Source: Stegostoma tigrinum (Eukaryota). From it: DNA of 64,000 nucleotides. Under the pieces are notes generated by a model. That model saw nothing but the letters and a program-made list of their open reading frames with translations, made no database searches and was not told the origin of the DNA. Shown piece by piece: positions 37,157 to 49,399 of the stretch (positions within the stretch are counted from its first letter, which is position 1; each line of letters starts with the position of its first letter). A program made the translations under genes and the position numbers. The stretch spans positions 93,150,458 through 93,214,457 of the forward strand of contig NC_081358.1 of the NCBI RefSeq assembly GCF_030684315.1. Direction: 5' to 3'.

Positions 37157-38892
37157 GTAAGCCGTACAGCTACAAGTCTTTCTCCCAGTTAAATTAGTAT
37201 TATACGATTTTGAAAATTGTTGGGCAGTTGCTTATGAAAACTTACCAAGTGAGTCCACAAGATGAATCAAATGTTCCTGGTCTGATTCCACATGAATAAA
37301 TGATTGTGAATGCCTATAAGTGATGTCTAGACCTATTTGATATGCCGGTTGCCTCCCAAAGTGGAAGTTATTGTTCCAGGAGCTTATAAAAACCTGAGCC
37401 GTGTTCATTGCTTCTGATCAATGGTGATATTTCAGTTGTACGATTGTACTGCACAGAAGGTTGTTCAGCCCTTCATGCTGGTAATTCCTTCTAGTTAGAC
37501 CTCGTTTACCTGTGACAAATGCTGTGACACAGAAGGATGTATTATGACAGGTGACCAAAAGCCAAGACGAAGATAGATTTTATTGATAAAGTAGTTTACA
37601 TATAGTACAATCTCACAAGTAGAACACAGCAAATTCACAGACAATTGTTTGAATAGCTTTGGCTTAGGAGCAAATATTGCCTAAGATACTCAATTTCTCA
37701 ACTCTTCAAAAAGAAATCAACTATGCAAATATTCCCATCTAGCTGAGCAAGAATACCAGAAATAATTTAGCATCTCTGCCTTTTGTAGGTCATTTTACTG
37801 CTTGATCTTTTCACTGGTGAAAGCTCATGTCCATCATTCTTGTTCTGTCCATCACTTGACTTGCAATTTTTTTTCTGTAACTTGCAACAACATAACAAGT
37901 CTGGACATTTTGCATGAAAACATTGGGCATTTGTCTCCCAATCTACCTGTTAAAACCAGCATAGGACCTGTAGTGTATATTAGAATTGACAGAGTATTGC
38001 TAATTAATACAAGACAGAGACAAGGTACCCTCTTTCGAAGATGGCACCAAAGAGGCGACATTACAACTTTTCACCACACTCGTTCAAGTGCACGTGACAA
38101 TAAAGGCTATTCTATTCTACTTGGGATAAGGGTCACATTTTCAGGATGGCATCCTGTAAAATGTTGTAAGCTACAATTCCAAAGAATCTCAAAAAGCTAG
38201 CATTCAAGTTCAGCAGGTAATTGGGAAGGCAAATGAAATGTTGGCTGTTTATTCAAAGAGACTGGGGTATAAAAGTAGGGAGAATTTGCTGAAACAATAA
38301 AAGACACAAATCATGCCACGGCTAGAATACCATGAAGACCTTTGGGCCTCTTTTCTAAGGATATACTGGCATTCGAGGCAATCCAGAGAAGGTTCACCAG
38401 ATGATGCAGGAATTGTCTTATGAGGAGAAGTTGAGTAGATTGAGTCTGTACTGTTTGCAATATAGGAGAATGAGAAGTGACCTGTTGAGTATTCAGGATT
38501 CTTAGGGGACTTGACAGGCAGAATTCCCTGTGTTTTTTTTTCTGCGTAGACCTCCGAGGTCTGTGCGTGGAAGCAGTGTTTGGAACTGGAAGGCAATGCT
38601 GTGAACTGCATCAGCACACCCGATTGTGGTGCGCAAAACATTGGAGTCACTGCATGCGAATGTGCAGGTATCTCTCGTTTAGGGCCAAAGTGCATAATCT
38701 CAGAATGAGAGATCACACATTTAAAACAGAGGTGAAGAGGGATTTCTTCTCTGAGAGTCATAAATCTGTGGAATTCTTTCCTGCAGATGGCTGTTGAGGC
38801 TGGATCATTAAGTATACTCAGGCCTGGGATAGACAGATTTTTAATCACCCAGTGAATCAAAGGTTATATGGAAAAAACAAGAAAGTAGAATT

Positions 38893-39106
38893 GAGATAAC
38901 AAAGCATGGGGCTGGAGGAACACAGAAGGCCAGGTAGCATCAGAGGAGCAGGAAGACTGACGATCGGGTCAGGGTCCTCTTCTGAAGAAGGGTCCAGAGC
39001 CGAAACATCAACTTTCGTGTTCCTCTGACGCTGCCTGGCCTGCTGTGTTCTTCCAGCTCCACACTTGGTTATCTCGGACTCCAGCATCTGCAGTTCTCGC
39101 TATCTC
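38893..39106. mobile_element. Short Penelope-like inverted-repeat insertion in a CR1 3' end, with TSD
   Basis: aaagtagaattgag is duplicated at 38882-38895 and 39107-39120. CTGAAGA-A-GGGTC-CA-GAGCC-GAAAC at 38982-39006. Confidence 0.8.
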
Positions 39107-39319
39107 AAAGTAGAATTGAGGATTTTTAGTTCAGTAGTGATCTTGTTGAATGGTGGATCAGACTCAGTGAACTTATTTCCTGAATTGAGGAATTGGTGAG
39201 ATGCAAAATTCAGAGGCAACCTGGCATAAAAGATTGCTGTTAGACATGTTCTGTTTGAATTTTAACTGCAAACTGGGTGATCCCAAATGTGAAATTTAAT
39301 TCAGCTGTAAGTGGGCAAT

Positions 39320-39597
39320 TTAGGATCGCTATGGTACAGACTGAAGAGCATCCTACCCTTTCCGATAGTACCACATTTACCATAGTTAACCCATCTAGTC
39401 TGCACATCCCTGAACACCGTAGGGGAATTTAGTAATCTGCACGTCTTTGGACTGTGAGTGAAAACTGTAGCACCTGGTGGAAACCCACACAGACATGGGG
39501 GCGACGTGCAAACTTGACATGGACAGTCACCCGAAACTAGAACCAAACATACGTCCCCTGGAGCTGTGAGGCAGCAGTGCTAACCACCGAGTCACCA
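39320..39597 (-). mobile_element. HE1-like V-SINE
   Basis: Same head (gttagcactgctgcctcacagc) and body as the other copies. Confidence 0.75.
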
Positions 39598-39769
39598 TTT
39601 TGGGGATAGTTTGTTAGAAAATTTGCACCTAATCCTTCTACTGCTGCACATTTCTGTTCTGATGCCATTAAATGACTCAAATTCACTTTTTGAAAATTTT
39701 CATTTGAAATCTCTAAACGTTTAATTTTGCACTTATTCTAAGCTACTCTGTTATTTGGTTGTTTAGAGT

Positions 39770-39900
39770 GTCTGTTAATTGCATTTACTAAAAGCTTGTA
39801 GATCTGAACAAGTACACCTCATAATTTCCTCGCGTCTGTTAATTGCATTTACTAAAAGTTTGTAGATCTGAACAAGTACACCTCATAATTTCCTCGTGTC
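39770..39900 (+). repeat. 64-bp tandem duplication upstream of PTDSS1 exon 4
   Basis: tctgttaattgcatttactaaaag...cataatttcctcg starts at 39771 and again at 39835; 2 mismatches. Confidence 0.95.
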
Positions 39901-39955
39901 ACTGGCTAATGTATTGTTTACTATGTGTTTTGCTTCATTTTGTGTGTCACTTCAG

Positions 39956-40080
39956 GCCTCAGTGTGCTCTATTTCCTTTTTCTGGTGTTTCTGCTGTTCC
40001 TGAATTTTGAACAAGTGAAATCTGTCATGTATTGGCTGGATCCTAATCTACGCTATGCCACACGTGAAGCAGATGTAATG
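39956..40080 (+). CDS. PTDSS1: PTDSS1 coding exon 4
   Basis: [42 protein letters not shown]; 125 nt. Confidence 0.96.
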
Positions 40081-41848
40081 GTATGTAGAACAGGAGTGCA
40101 TTTAGATTATCCAGTTGCTCCCTGTTGTAATGATACTTTCATGAAGATTGAAAGCCTGGCTGTTATCATTTGTCATTCCTTAGCATTTTCACCATGATGA
40201 AGAACCTAAGACACGCAAACAGTATTGTTTTTAAATTCATTGTTTTTTTTGCATTCATTTACAGTGTCTTACTGTATTTAACACTTCTGTAATCTTATTT
40301 TTCTTCACGTTCACTACATAGTTAATCAAGTGACTGACTCATATGATATTTGTAAACATCACATGTTTTATTGTTTCAGTTGATGTGAAGTTCAATTCTC
40401 AAATGATCAGAATATTATTTCATGGATGAGTAGAGATGCTGTTATTTTGCAGTAAATTGAATCAATGGCAAATATGCTGTACATGAAATAAAATACTCTG
40501 GAGTTAGTCAAACTCAATTTAACAGATGAGCATTGATGCATTTAGAGCCTTAGATGTACAAATGGTAACATTTGCATTGCAACGGTGACTAGTCAAAGCA
40601 TGTAACCAGAATTAATTTAGAAATATTTTTCTTTAGTCATCACTTGTTGAAGAATTCTAAATTGATTTCTTCTCATGTTGTCCTTTGACAGCATATAACC
40701 AAATGTATATGTAAACAACTGTTATGTAAATCCTATCATTTATTAGTAAGGTGAGAAGGATGTTTTGCAATTTGGAATCAGGCACCTGCCTATTCTGTTG
40801 TAAATAAGTAACCTTTGAAAAGTAATTCTATGGAAATGCTTGGTTAAGATTGCTAGTTTGTTCTAATATAGGTCAGTGCCTAACAAGGAGACCCAAGTTC
40901 AACTAAAGTCACATCTCGTATTTTGCGATTGAGTTTTCTTCATTTCTCTGAACATTATGATTAACATTTCAGGGAGAAAGTTAAAACTGCAGTGTTGTTG
41001 AGAGGAACTGGTCTTGTTGAAGTTACTTTCTCCTAGCTCAGTCAAGGAACAACATTCATGATTTTATGGAAATGTGAATTTAATGTTTCTTGGCTGACTT
41101 GTGGTTGAAATGCATGGGACTTTTTTAAAAAATTATTATTCTAAATTTTATGCATTTAATCAATTTTTTTTGTTCCACGATTTTACCCTCTCTTTCCCAA
41201 GGATTTTATACACACTATAAAAATCTCAAATAAGACAATGCCTCATATAATTATGCCCTTTGGATCAGCTCGAGACTGCCTTCCTCCTAGGTACCCTGAA
41301 GGTCAGTTACATTAAAAACCTTCCCAAAGTTGGTATTTTCCATGACAAGGGGAAGGAAGAAAATCTCTGCTTAATTAACGTTGGATGGCTTTTAGTAAAC
41401 ATACTGAGCTAACCAAACCACTGCATCAGATTGTGCATCTGTTGGGAGAATAATTTCTTCATTTTAAGTGGGGAGAAGCTTGATCTTTGGGAATGAATTG
41501 CATTCTCAATGAGATTCTTCTTTGAAAATACTTATACTTGGCTCCCTTTTGTTTCAATACCTATGTATAATGACAGCTCTGCAAACTTGCCAACCTGGTT
41601 ACTATGTTTGTTGTTCAAACCATGTAAACAGAAATCCAGTTAAAAGTAACCAAGCCTTTTAGTGCCTTTGAGAACGGTTCTTTCTTTAGTGTGCTGTTTC
41701 AACATTTCAAGACTACCTTGTTTTAATATTTTCTCTGATTTTGAAATTATATGAGAAGAATGCTGGATAAGGCATTCATCTATGCCAGGCTTTTACCATG
41801 TCTGATTTTGAAGATTATAGCAATTTTGCTGTATTTTGTTTTTAATAG

Positions 41849-42052
<204 letters not shown>

Positions 42053-43476
42053 TAACTAAATTACAGATTGTATTGTTAATCAAGACCTCCTCAAGATTTT
42101 GAAGTATGTTGTGTTATTTTGGACTACATCTGCAACTTGACATGTCAATCTCAACTTGATTGTTTTAAATGAGGAATGGTACAGAATAGGAACAAGACAT
42201 TGTCTTTTAACTGCCAAACCAAGTTACAGAGTGACAGTAAATTTTCTTGTGCTGTTACGCAAAGCCATATGACTAGCAGATACTTGGTGTTTGTTTTATT
42301 ATTTTGATTTTTACAAATAATCAAGAAACAGTCTAGGTTCATGTCCCAATCTCTGCTGAGTAAGCAGGTTTTAAACAATTGCTATGGAAAATGGTAACAC
42401 GCTTTCCTAGACTAATGGGGGAATAATCAAAGTCCCTGATCCTGTTTGCAATCCAGTTTCGTACTGCTTGGAATAAAACTGTCATGATTTCAAAACATGG
42501 AAAATTTGTATGAATTTATAAATCTCAGTGCTATTTAGGAATTAACATCAAATGCCTGTGATGCCCATGATGGAATACAAAATCATTTGACTTGGTAAAT
42601 TTGCACTCTCCCTTATAAGAGTTAATGATGGTGGAAACTTATTGGGAAAAGTATGCTGCTTTTATGAAAATTTAGTTTAGTTTAACTTGCTCAATTACAG
42701 TTTGCAATCTCTTTTGTATATGCTAAGACACTTTAATCCCATGGAGACTATGGCAACCGTTGAGTTTACAGGTTGATTCCATGAGCATTTGCTCAATAGG
42801 CATTGTCCATCCAACGCTATAATTGATCTCCAAGCATTTTGTAAATTAACCAAGAATTGTTCCCTGGAGAGTATTATGTTCTGCTGGAACTATTCTTTAT
42901 AGATCTACAGAAGGCATTAATTTGTAACCGTTCTTTGTGGTAGCGGCTCCAGTTTTCAACTATGAATTGCGTAGTAGAATAGCATTTATTTGGTGATCTA
43001 CTTTTAAAATTGGTTCTCAAGATGCATTCAATCTTGGCAAGATCCCATTTATTCACATAAACTTTTCCATGTTTCTGCTGAGAGGTCAGGATAGTTTCCT
43101 TCTCAGTGAAGAATGGAAAGGGCAGAGTAATCCCTAGTAACAACACCATGTTGTTATGATTCCAACAGATGATCATCCTGGAAATGTCAAATCCCAGAAA
43201 CCTGGCTTGATTAGTCATTCATTTAAAGTTTTGTGGTTGGTCAGTGTAGTGATCAGTCACTGAAACTCATGCATTCTCATAACAACAGAACATGTGTTTA
43301 TTGTACAAAAGATAACAAAAACAAACAAAGGTATACAAATATAGAAGACAGTTAGAAAGATCTTAACAAATACATTAAAACAGAGAGCTTCAACCTGTTT
43401 TCTAACACTCTGTTACAGAGACTTAATCCGAGAGAAACAGGAACTTTCATGCCCATCTCAACCCAGTAAGTTTTTT

Positions 43477-43746
43477 GGTAGGCAAACAGGAGGCTGGAAG
43501 AACACAGCAAGCTAGGCAGCATCTGGAGGAAAGGAGCAGTCAACGTTTCGAGTATTACCCTTCTTCAGGACTGTATGTGGTGGTAGGGGACTCAGGAGCT
43601 CCCCCTACCCCCACATCCAGTCCTGAAGAATGGTAATACTCGAAACGTTGACTGCTCCTTTCCTCCAGATGCTGCCTGCCTTCTTTTGTTCTTCCAGCCT
43701 CCTGTTTGTTTACCTTGGATTCCAGCATCTGCAGGGATTTTTTTGT
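43477..43746. mobile_element. Penelope-like tail-to-tail inverted-repeat insertion (~105-bp arms) with a minimal hammerhead motif on each strand
   Basis: Arms at ~43484-43590 and ~43601-43708. Imperfect TSD cccagtaagtttt / cccattaagcttt at 43462 and 43747. Confidence 0.85.
43618..43654 (+). ncRNA. Minimal type I hammerhead ribozyme motif (mirror copy at 43537-43573 on the minus strand)
   Basis: cagtc-CTGAAGA-a-(t/g)ggtaatactc-GAAAC-GTT-gactg: 5-bp stem I, stem II and a palindromic ACGT stem III. The minus copy has the better-paired stem II. Confidence 0.65.
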
Positions 43747-44019
43747 CCCATTAAGCTTTTACTTAATTAACTTCTCCACTTTCTTTTTCTTGGAATTGGA
43801 GGCAGTTTTACAACTCCTGAGTCTGCTAGCATGAGCTCCTCATAGTTTTGATAAGCTAAACTTTCTCGGTTCTAACAATTAAATTTCTATCTAAACTGGT
43901 CTGGCTTGTTAGTTCCACAGAGTAGAAACTATTTCTGCAGTCACTGATTGGTTTCCCTGAACTGAGTTAATTATTCTGCCAGAAGAAATTGTTCTATTTT
44001 GTGAATTGAGGACTGGATT

Positions 44020-44865
44020 AAACATAGAACATAGAACAGTACAGCACAGTACAGGCCCTTTGGCCAATGATGTTGTGCTGACCTATCATCCTACAAAGAT
44101 CAAACCACCCTGCATACCCTACATTTTACTATCCTCCATGTGCCTATCTGCGAGTTGCATAAGAGCCTCTGAAGTATCTGACTCCACTACCACTATTGTC
44201 ATTGCTGTCCACATGCCCACTACTTTGTGTGTAAAGAACCTACCTCTGACATCTCCCCTATACCTTTCTCCAATCACCATAACATTATGCCCCCTTGTAA
44301 TAGTCATTTCTGCCCTGGGGAAAGTCTCTGGCTATCCACTCTATCTATGTCTCTCATCGCCTTGTACACCTCTATCAAGTCATCTCTCATCCTTCTTTGC
44401 TCCAATGAAGAAAGCCTTAACTCCTTCAACCTGTCCTCATAAGACCTGCCCTCGAGACCTAGAACTTTCTATTTTGAAGTGAAAACTGAACTGAATTTTT
44501 TGATTCGTAGAGTCATGCAGCACAGGAAGTCCAAGTTGTCTATGCCAACAAAGTTGCTCAAGCTAAACTAGTGCCACTTGCCTCCATTTGGCCAATATCC
44601 CTTTAAACCTTTCCTTTTCATGTAACTCTCCAAATGTCTTTTCAATGTTTTAACTACATCTGCTACATCTACCACTTCTTCTGGCAGTTCTTTCCACAAA
44701 TGAACACCTTTTTCTGAAAAACTTGCCCCTTGGGTCCCTTTCAAATCTTTCTCTTCTCACCTTAAAAATAAGCCCCCTGGTTTTGAACTCCCCCACCGTA
44801 GGGAGAAGACATTTTCTATTCAATTTATATATACCCCTCATGATTTTACAAACCTCTATAAGCAA
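44020..44865 (-). mobile_element. Two adjacent CR1 3' fragments (~44020-44460 and ~44508-44865)
   Basis: ORFs contain RYRGDVRGRFFTHKVV and LIEVCKIMRG; (agaacat)n and agagtcat tails. Confidence 0.9.
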
Positions 44866-45383
44866 TGCCCTAATGTGTTTATTGTATCAGTTATGAACTC
44901 AGCATTATAAACATTTTATCCGTCATCTCCCAGGTGTTTGACTGAAGTCATGTGCCATCCTGGAATTGTGTATCTAGGTCACTGTCCAAATGATTTTTTG
45001 ACCTTTCTTTACAGAAAAAGTAAATCTTGACATAACTGACCGAAGTCTATCTGTCTCAATTTATTTTATTAAAAATACAAATTCCAAAATTTAGGTTTTG
45101 TACGCATTACATTGCAGTGACCTTGGGGCTGTGATGGATTTTTAAATGCTTTCTTTCTACACCTGTTTGAGACTTGGTGTAGTGGTGAGGTATTTAGGGA
45201 TATTTTCTAATCAACCTGTTCAGATTTGTTATTACACAGCTGTGGAGCAGATGAGACATGAACCTAGCTTCCCTGGCTCAAAGCTAGGGACACTAACATT
45301 GTACTATTGGAACCCATTGAGACACATTTATATTATTCTGTTAATAAATTTTAAGCTGTTCAACTGCTATAAGTTAACATTGA

Positions 45384-45584
<201 letters not shown>

Positions 45585-46639
45585 TAAGTGTCCTGAGTTT
45601 TTGTTTGTTCCACAATGCAAAGAATAACAGTACATTAATTGTCACAACAATTTGTGCTGGTGTTTATACACTATATGGGCAGCTTCTTACATCCTCATCG
45701 GACCCCACCCATAAGCATTGCCTTCCACTCATATGCACTTATCAGGTTTCCATTTAAAAGCATCTGTGTTATTTAACTCAGCTACATCTCCTGCGCCCTG
45801 GGTGAAAACCCTCCTCTTGAATTTTCCATTGCACGTATTAATCACTTGCCTTATGTATATGGCCTCTATTAGTTTTTTGGAGCACAAGTGAAAGCATTTT
45901 TCACTATCTTTACCCAAATAAAACTTCAAAATTCTAAAGACCTGTATCAGAGCAGCCCATAGTTTTCCTTTTCTAAAAGAAAGAACCCCAAACTTACCAG
46001 CCTTTCCTGAACATTAGCATTTCTGATATAAGACCAAGAGATGTAGGAGCAAATATAGGCCAATCGCCTCATCGAATCTACTCCACCATTCGGTGACATC
46101 ATGATTGATCTGATAATCCCCAACTCCACGTCCCTGACTTTTCCTCACAGTCCTTGATCCCCTTACTGTTTAAAAATTCAGTTTTGGCCTTGAATATACT
46201 TAATGACCCAGTATCAGAGGCCTCCTGTGGTAAAGAATTCTAAGATTCGATACCTTCTTAGACAAAAATAATTCTTCACCACCTATGTCTAAGTGTATGA
46301 CCTCGTATTCTGAGATTATGCCTTCTGGTGCTAGACTCTGCTGCCTTTTTTGTTGATTCTTTCCTTGTCCTGTTACTACTACTGTATCTGGCCTTGAACC
46401 ATCAAGTCTTTTGTCATTTTAATTTCCCCTCTGTCCCACCTCATCAGATCTTCTTTTGTTCTTTTCCAAACCTCCTTGTTTAACGTGCCGCTTGATGAGT
46501 ATTTTCAATGTTTCCTGTTTCCTTCTTTTCCATTCTGTGGTTTACTTCTTCAATTATTTCTTCTCTCCCTTATGCCCTCCCCCCACCGCCCCAACAATCT
46601 TTTCTGTCTTGTATGTCTAATACTGTGTGTCTTTATCAG

Positions 46640-46781
46640 GGCAATACACACGACCAGTGGAAAGCTGAAACGGGCAGTGTTGCAGTTTACTCCAGCCAGC
46701 TGGACATACGTTCGCTGGTTTGACCCAAAATCCTCCTTCCAGAGAGTGGCTGGAATCTACCTCTTCCTAATTATCTGGCAG
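46640..46781 (+). CDS. PTDSS1: PTDSS1 coding exon 7
   Basis: [47 protein letters not shown]; 142 nt. Confidence 0.97.
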
Positions 46782-47819
46782 GTAAAAAATAAATCTGCAG
46801 AGCGTACGTGACTTTTCATTCTGACAAAGATGTTCCATTGTGACTTATTGGGTGGAACTTTCAACTTCAATAAGGCTAGAAATTGGCTGAAAGCAGATCC
46901 ACCACCCGTTGTGCATCATGTTGCGCAGATGGTTGATCGGCCTCAGCATGCTACTTGATAGCTCAGATCCATTTCTCCTAAAATTGCACCTCTCACTTTT
47001 TCGTCACTTTGTCTAACCTCATGTCGTAGTGTCGATGCTGTAGGAAGTGTGGGATAAAAATCAAGGAAAAAGAGAAAACACTGTGAGAAGGAAGGAGCAC
47101 AGTGGGAGAAGGCAAAACAAGTGAAGAGGAGAGAAAGGGAGGTGTAGCCATGCCAGTAAGATAACTGTGTAACCTCGGACCCATTTTCTCACTTCTATAA
47201 ATGAGTGGTTTGTGATTTATTGAAACCTTTTTTTTAATTGGTTTGGCCTGAGCTGCAGTATTTGAAAGGACGTTAAGTTGAATGTTTTGCTTGGGTTTGC
47301 TGGCTTGGTCACTTGCACAGTGCTTGAGACAGTGAAATATATGAGACTATTTAAAGTTTTTAAGAAGATTTTTTTCGGCGGGCACGTCTACAACCTTGTG
47401 TGAGACTGTGTCGTTCCTTATGGGAATGTTGACTGACATCTAACTGTATAGATCTTTGCTGAATTTGGAGCCTTGAACTGGTGGGATGAAAACCTGATAA
47501 TTTAAGTGCGTCTAGTACTTATTAATTAATTTAAATTTAAATCTGGGTGCAGTGGAAGGAGATGGAAAGCTGGTGCTTATATTGTTTGGAATTTTCAACA
47601 TAGATACTATATATGGTAGGAATTCTTGAAGTTCTAAGGATAGCAACAGCCTTTTTAGCCTGTTTCATTTCCTCTTTGTGATACTGGCAATTGAAGTTAA
47701 TGTAACTGTGAAGGATGTGGTCTTATCAAATTTCACAGCTTTTTGTTAAATGTGTGGTGAGTTAAGTGCAAATCTGATGAAGGATTTGCATTTCTACCAA
47801 CAGTATGCTACTTTATTGA

Positions 47820-48410
47820 TCCCTTTTTCCACTGAACTGATGTTGAAACCCCTCTTCCTTGCCTTTGTTATCTCCAGACTCCAATATTCAGGGCACTCCT
47901 GGCTCGTTTCCAGCATAAACTTCACAAACTCGGGTTCATTCAAAACTCTAAGGCCCGTGTCTTACTTTACAACTAGTCCCATTCCTCTATCACCTGTGTG
48001 CTTGCTGATCTTCATTGTCTTCTGGCCAAGCATCATTGTGATTTTAAAATTTTCATCCTTGTTTTCAGATTCCTCCATGATTTTGCTGTCTTGTGATTTC
48101 TGTAGTTTGCTGAGATAGCGGCACTCGGCTAATCATGCCAACTTCAGCTCCCCCATTTTAACTTCTGCAGCATTGGTGGATGTCTTTCAGTTGCTAGACC
48201 TCAAGCTCTGGAATACTTCCCTTGAATCTCTCTGCCAATCTCTCTTTCCTCCTTTAAGACACTCCTTAAGACGTACCACTTAGTGCCTGGTCACCTGACC
48301 TAATATCAATCAATGTGACTTGCTGTCATACTTTGTTTTATAATGTTCCTATGAATTGTCTTGGGACATTTCGTATTTATATTGCATCCTTAATGAAATT
48401 GTTGTTTTAA
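47820..48410 (+). mobile_element. L2-like LINE 3' fragment
   Basis: AFVISRLQYS motif (L2 RLDY-like), ctctggaa remnant and a ttgttg tail. Confidence 0.65.
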
Positions 48411-48690
48411 TTAGTGATCACAGGTTTAAAAGGAAGAAGGTGAATATTTAAACCAGTTTTCAGGTCAATTTTGTGCTCTTTTTCACCATGCACATCATTA
48501 CATTCTGGTTTCATTTCGGTAATACGTTTTGTGTATATTCAGCAAGCTTTGATTTGATAGATTACATTAATATAAACCAATTTTCATTGGAAAACCTTGG
48601 ACACGTTAGTTGAATGTTTTGTCAAGTTGTGTAACTCGGCCTGTAGATGATTCAGGTTTTAGCTTGTGAAATTTATGCAGGTATATTACT

Positions 48691-48937
48691 AAAAACTGGC
48701 AGAACTGCAAATGCTGTAAATCAGAAACACAAACAGAAATTGCTGGAAAAGCTCAGCAGGTCTGGCAGCATCTATGGAGAGAAATCAGAGCTGACGTTTC
48801 AGACCCAGTGACCCTTACTAAGGACTCAAGCAACGTGTTGTGAAGAAGGGTCACTGGACCCGAAACATTAACTCTGCTTTTTCTCCACAGAATCTGCTAG
48901 ACCTGCTGAACTCTTCCAGCAGGTTTTGTTTCTGTCA
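48691..48937. mobile_element. Short Penelope-like inverted-repeat insertion with TSD
   Basis: Flanks caggtatattact / caggtacatttct. gTGAAGA-A-GGGTC-ACTG-GACCC-GAAAC at ~48840-48866. Confidence 0.75.
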
Positions 48938-49078
48938 CAGGTACATTTCTGTTGTGAAAGATTTAACTGTCTTTAATATCTCCATACAAAACAATGAAAT
49001 TATTTACAATGTTACGTCATTATTAAGAAAGCTAAAGAGTTATTTGACTTCATTAAACATCTTATTTCTGTTATTTAG

Positions 49079-49191
49079 TTGACTGAACTGAACACCTTTT
49101 TCTTGAAGCACATTTTTGTGTTTCAAGCGGGCCATGTGCTGAGTTATGGTAGAATTCTCTTCATTGGAGTAATCACAGCTCCAACTGTACG
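49079..49191 (+). CDS. PTDSS1: PTDSS1 coding exon 8
   Basis: [37 protein letters not shown]; 113 nt. Confidence 0.97.
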
Positions 49192-49399
49192 GTAAAGCAG
49201 CTTTTTATCACTTTTCAAATGTACTGTTGATCTGTAGTGTTGATCGCGTGTGGAAAAATGTGTTATTTTCTAATCATCATCTCCTGCTGATATTTCTTAT
49301 TCCCTTCTGTGCATTGGTCTTCAGCTTTTTTCTCTTTAAATTTTCCTCAATCTTGCTCATTCCTTTTCCTCTTTTCTTTCACAGTTTCGCTTTTATATA

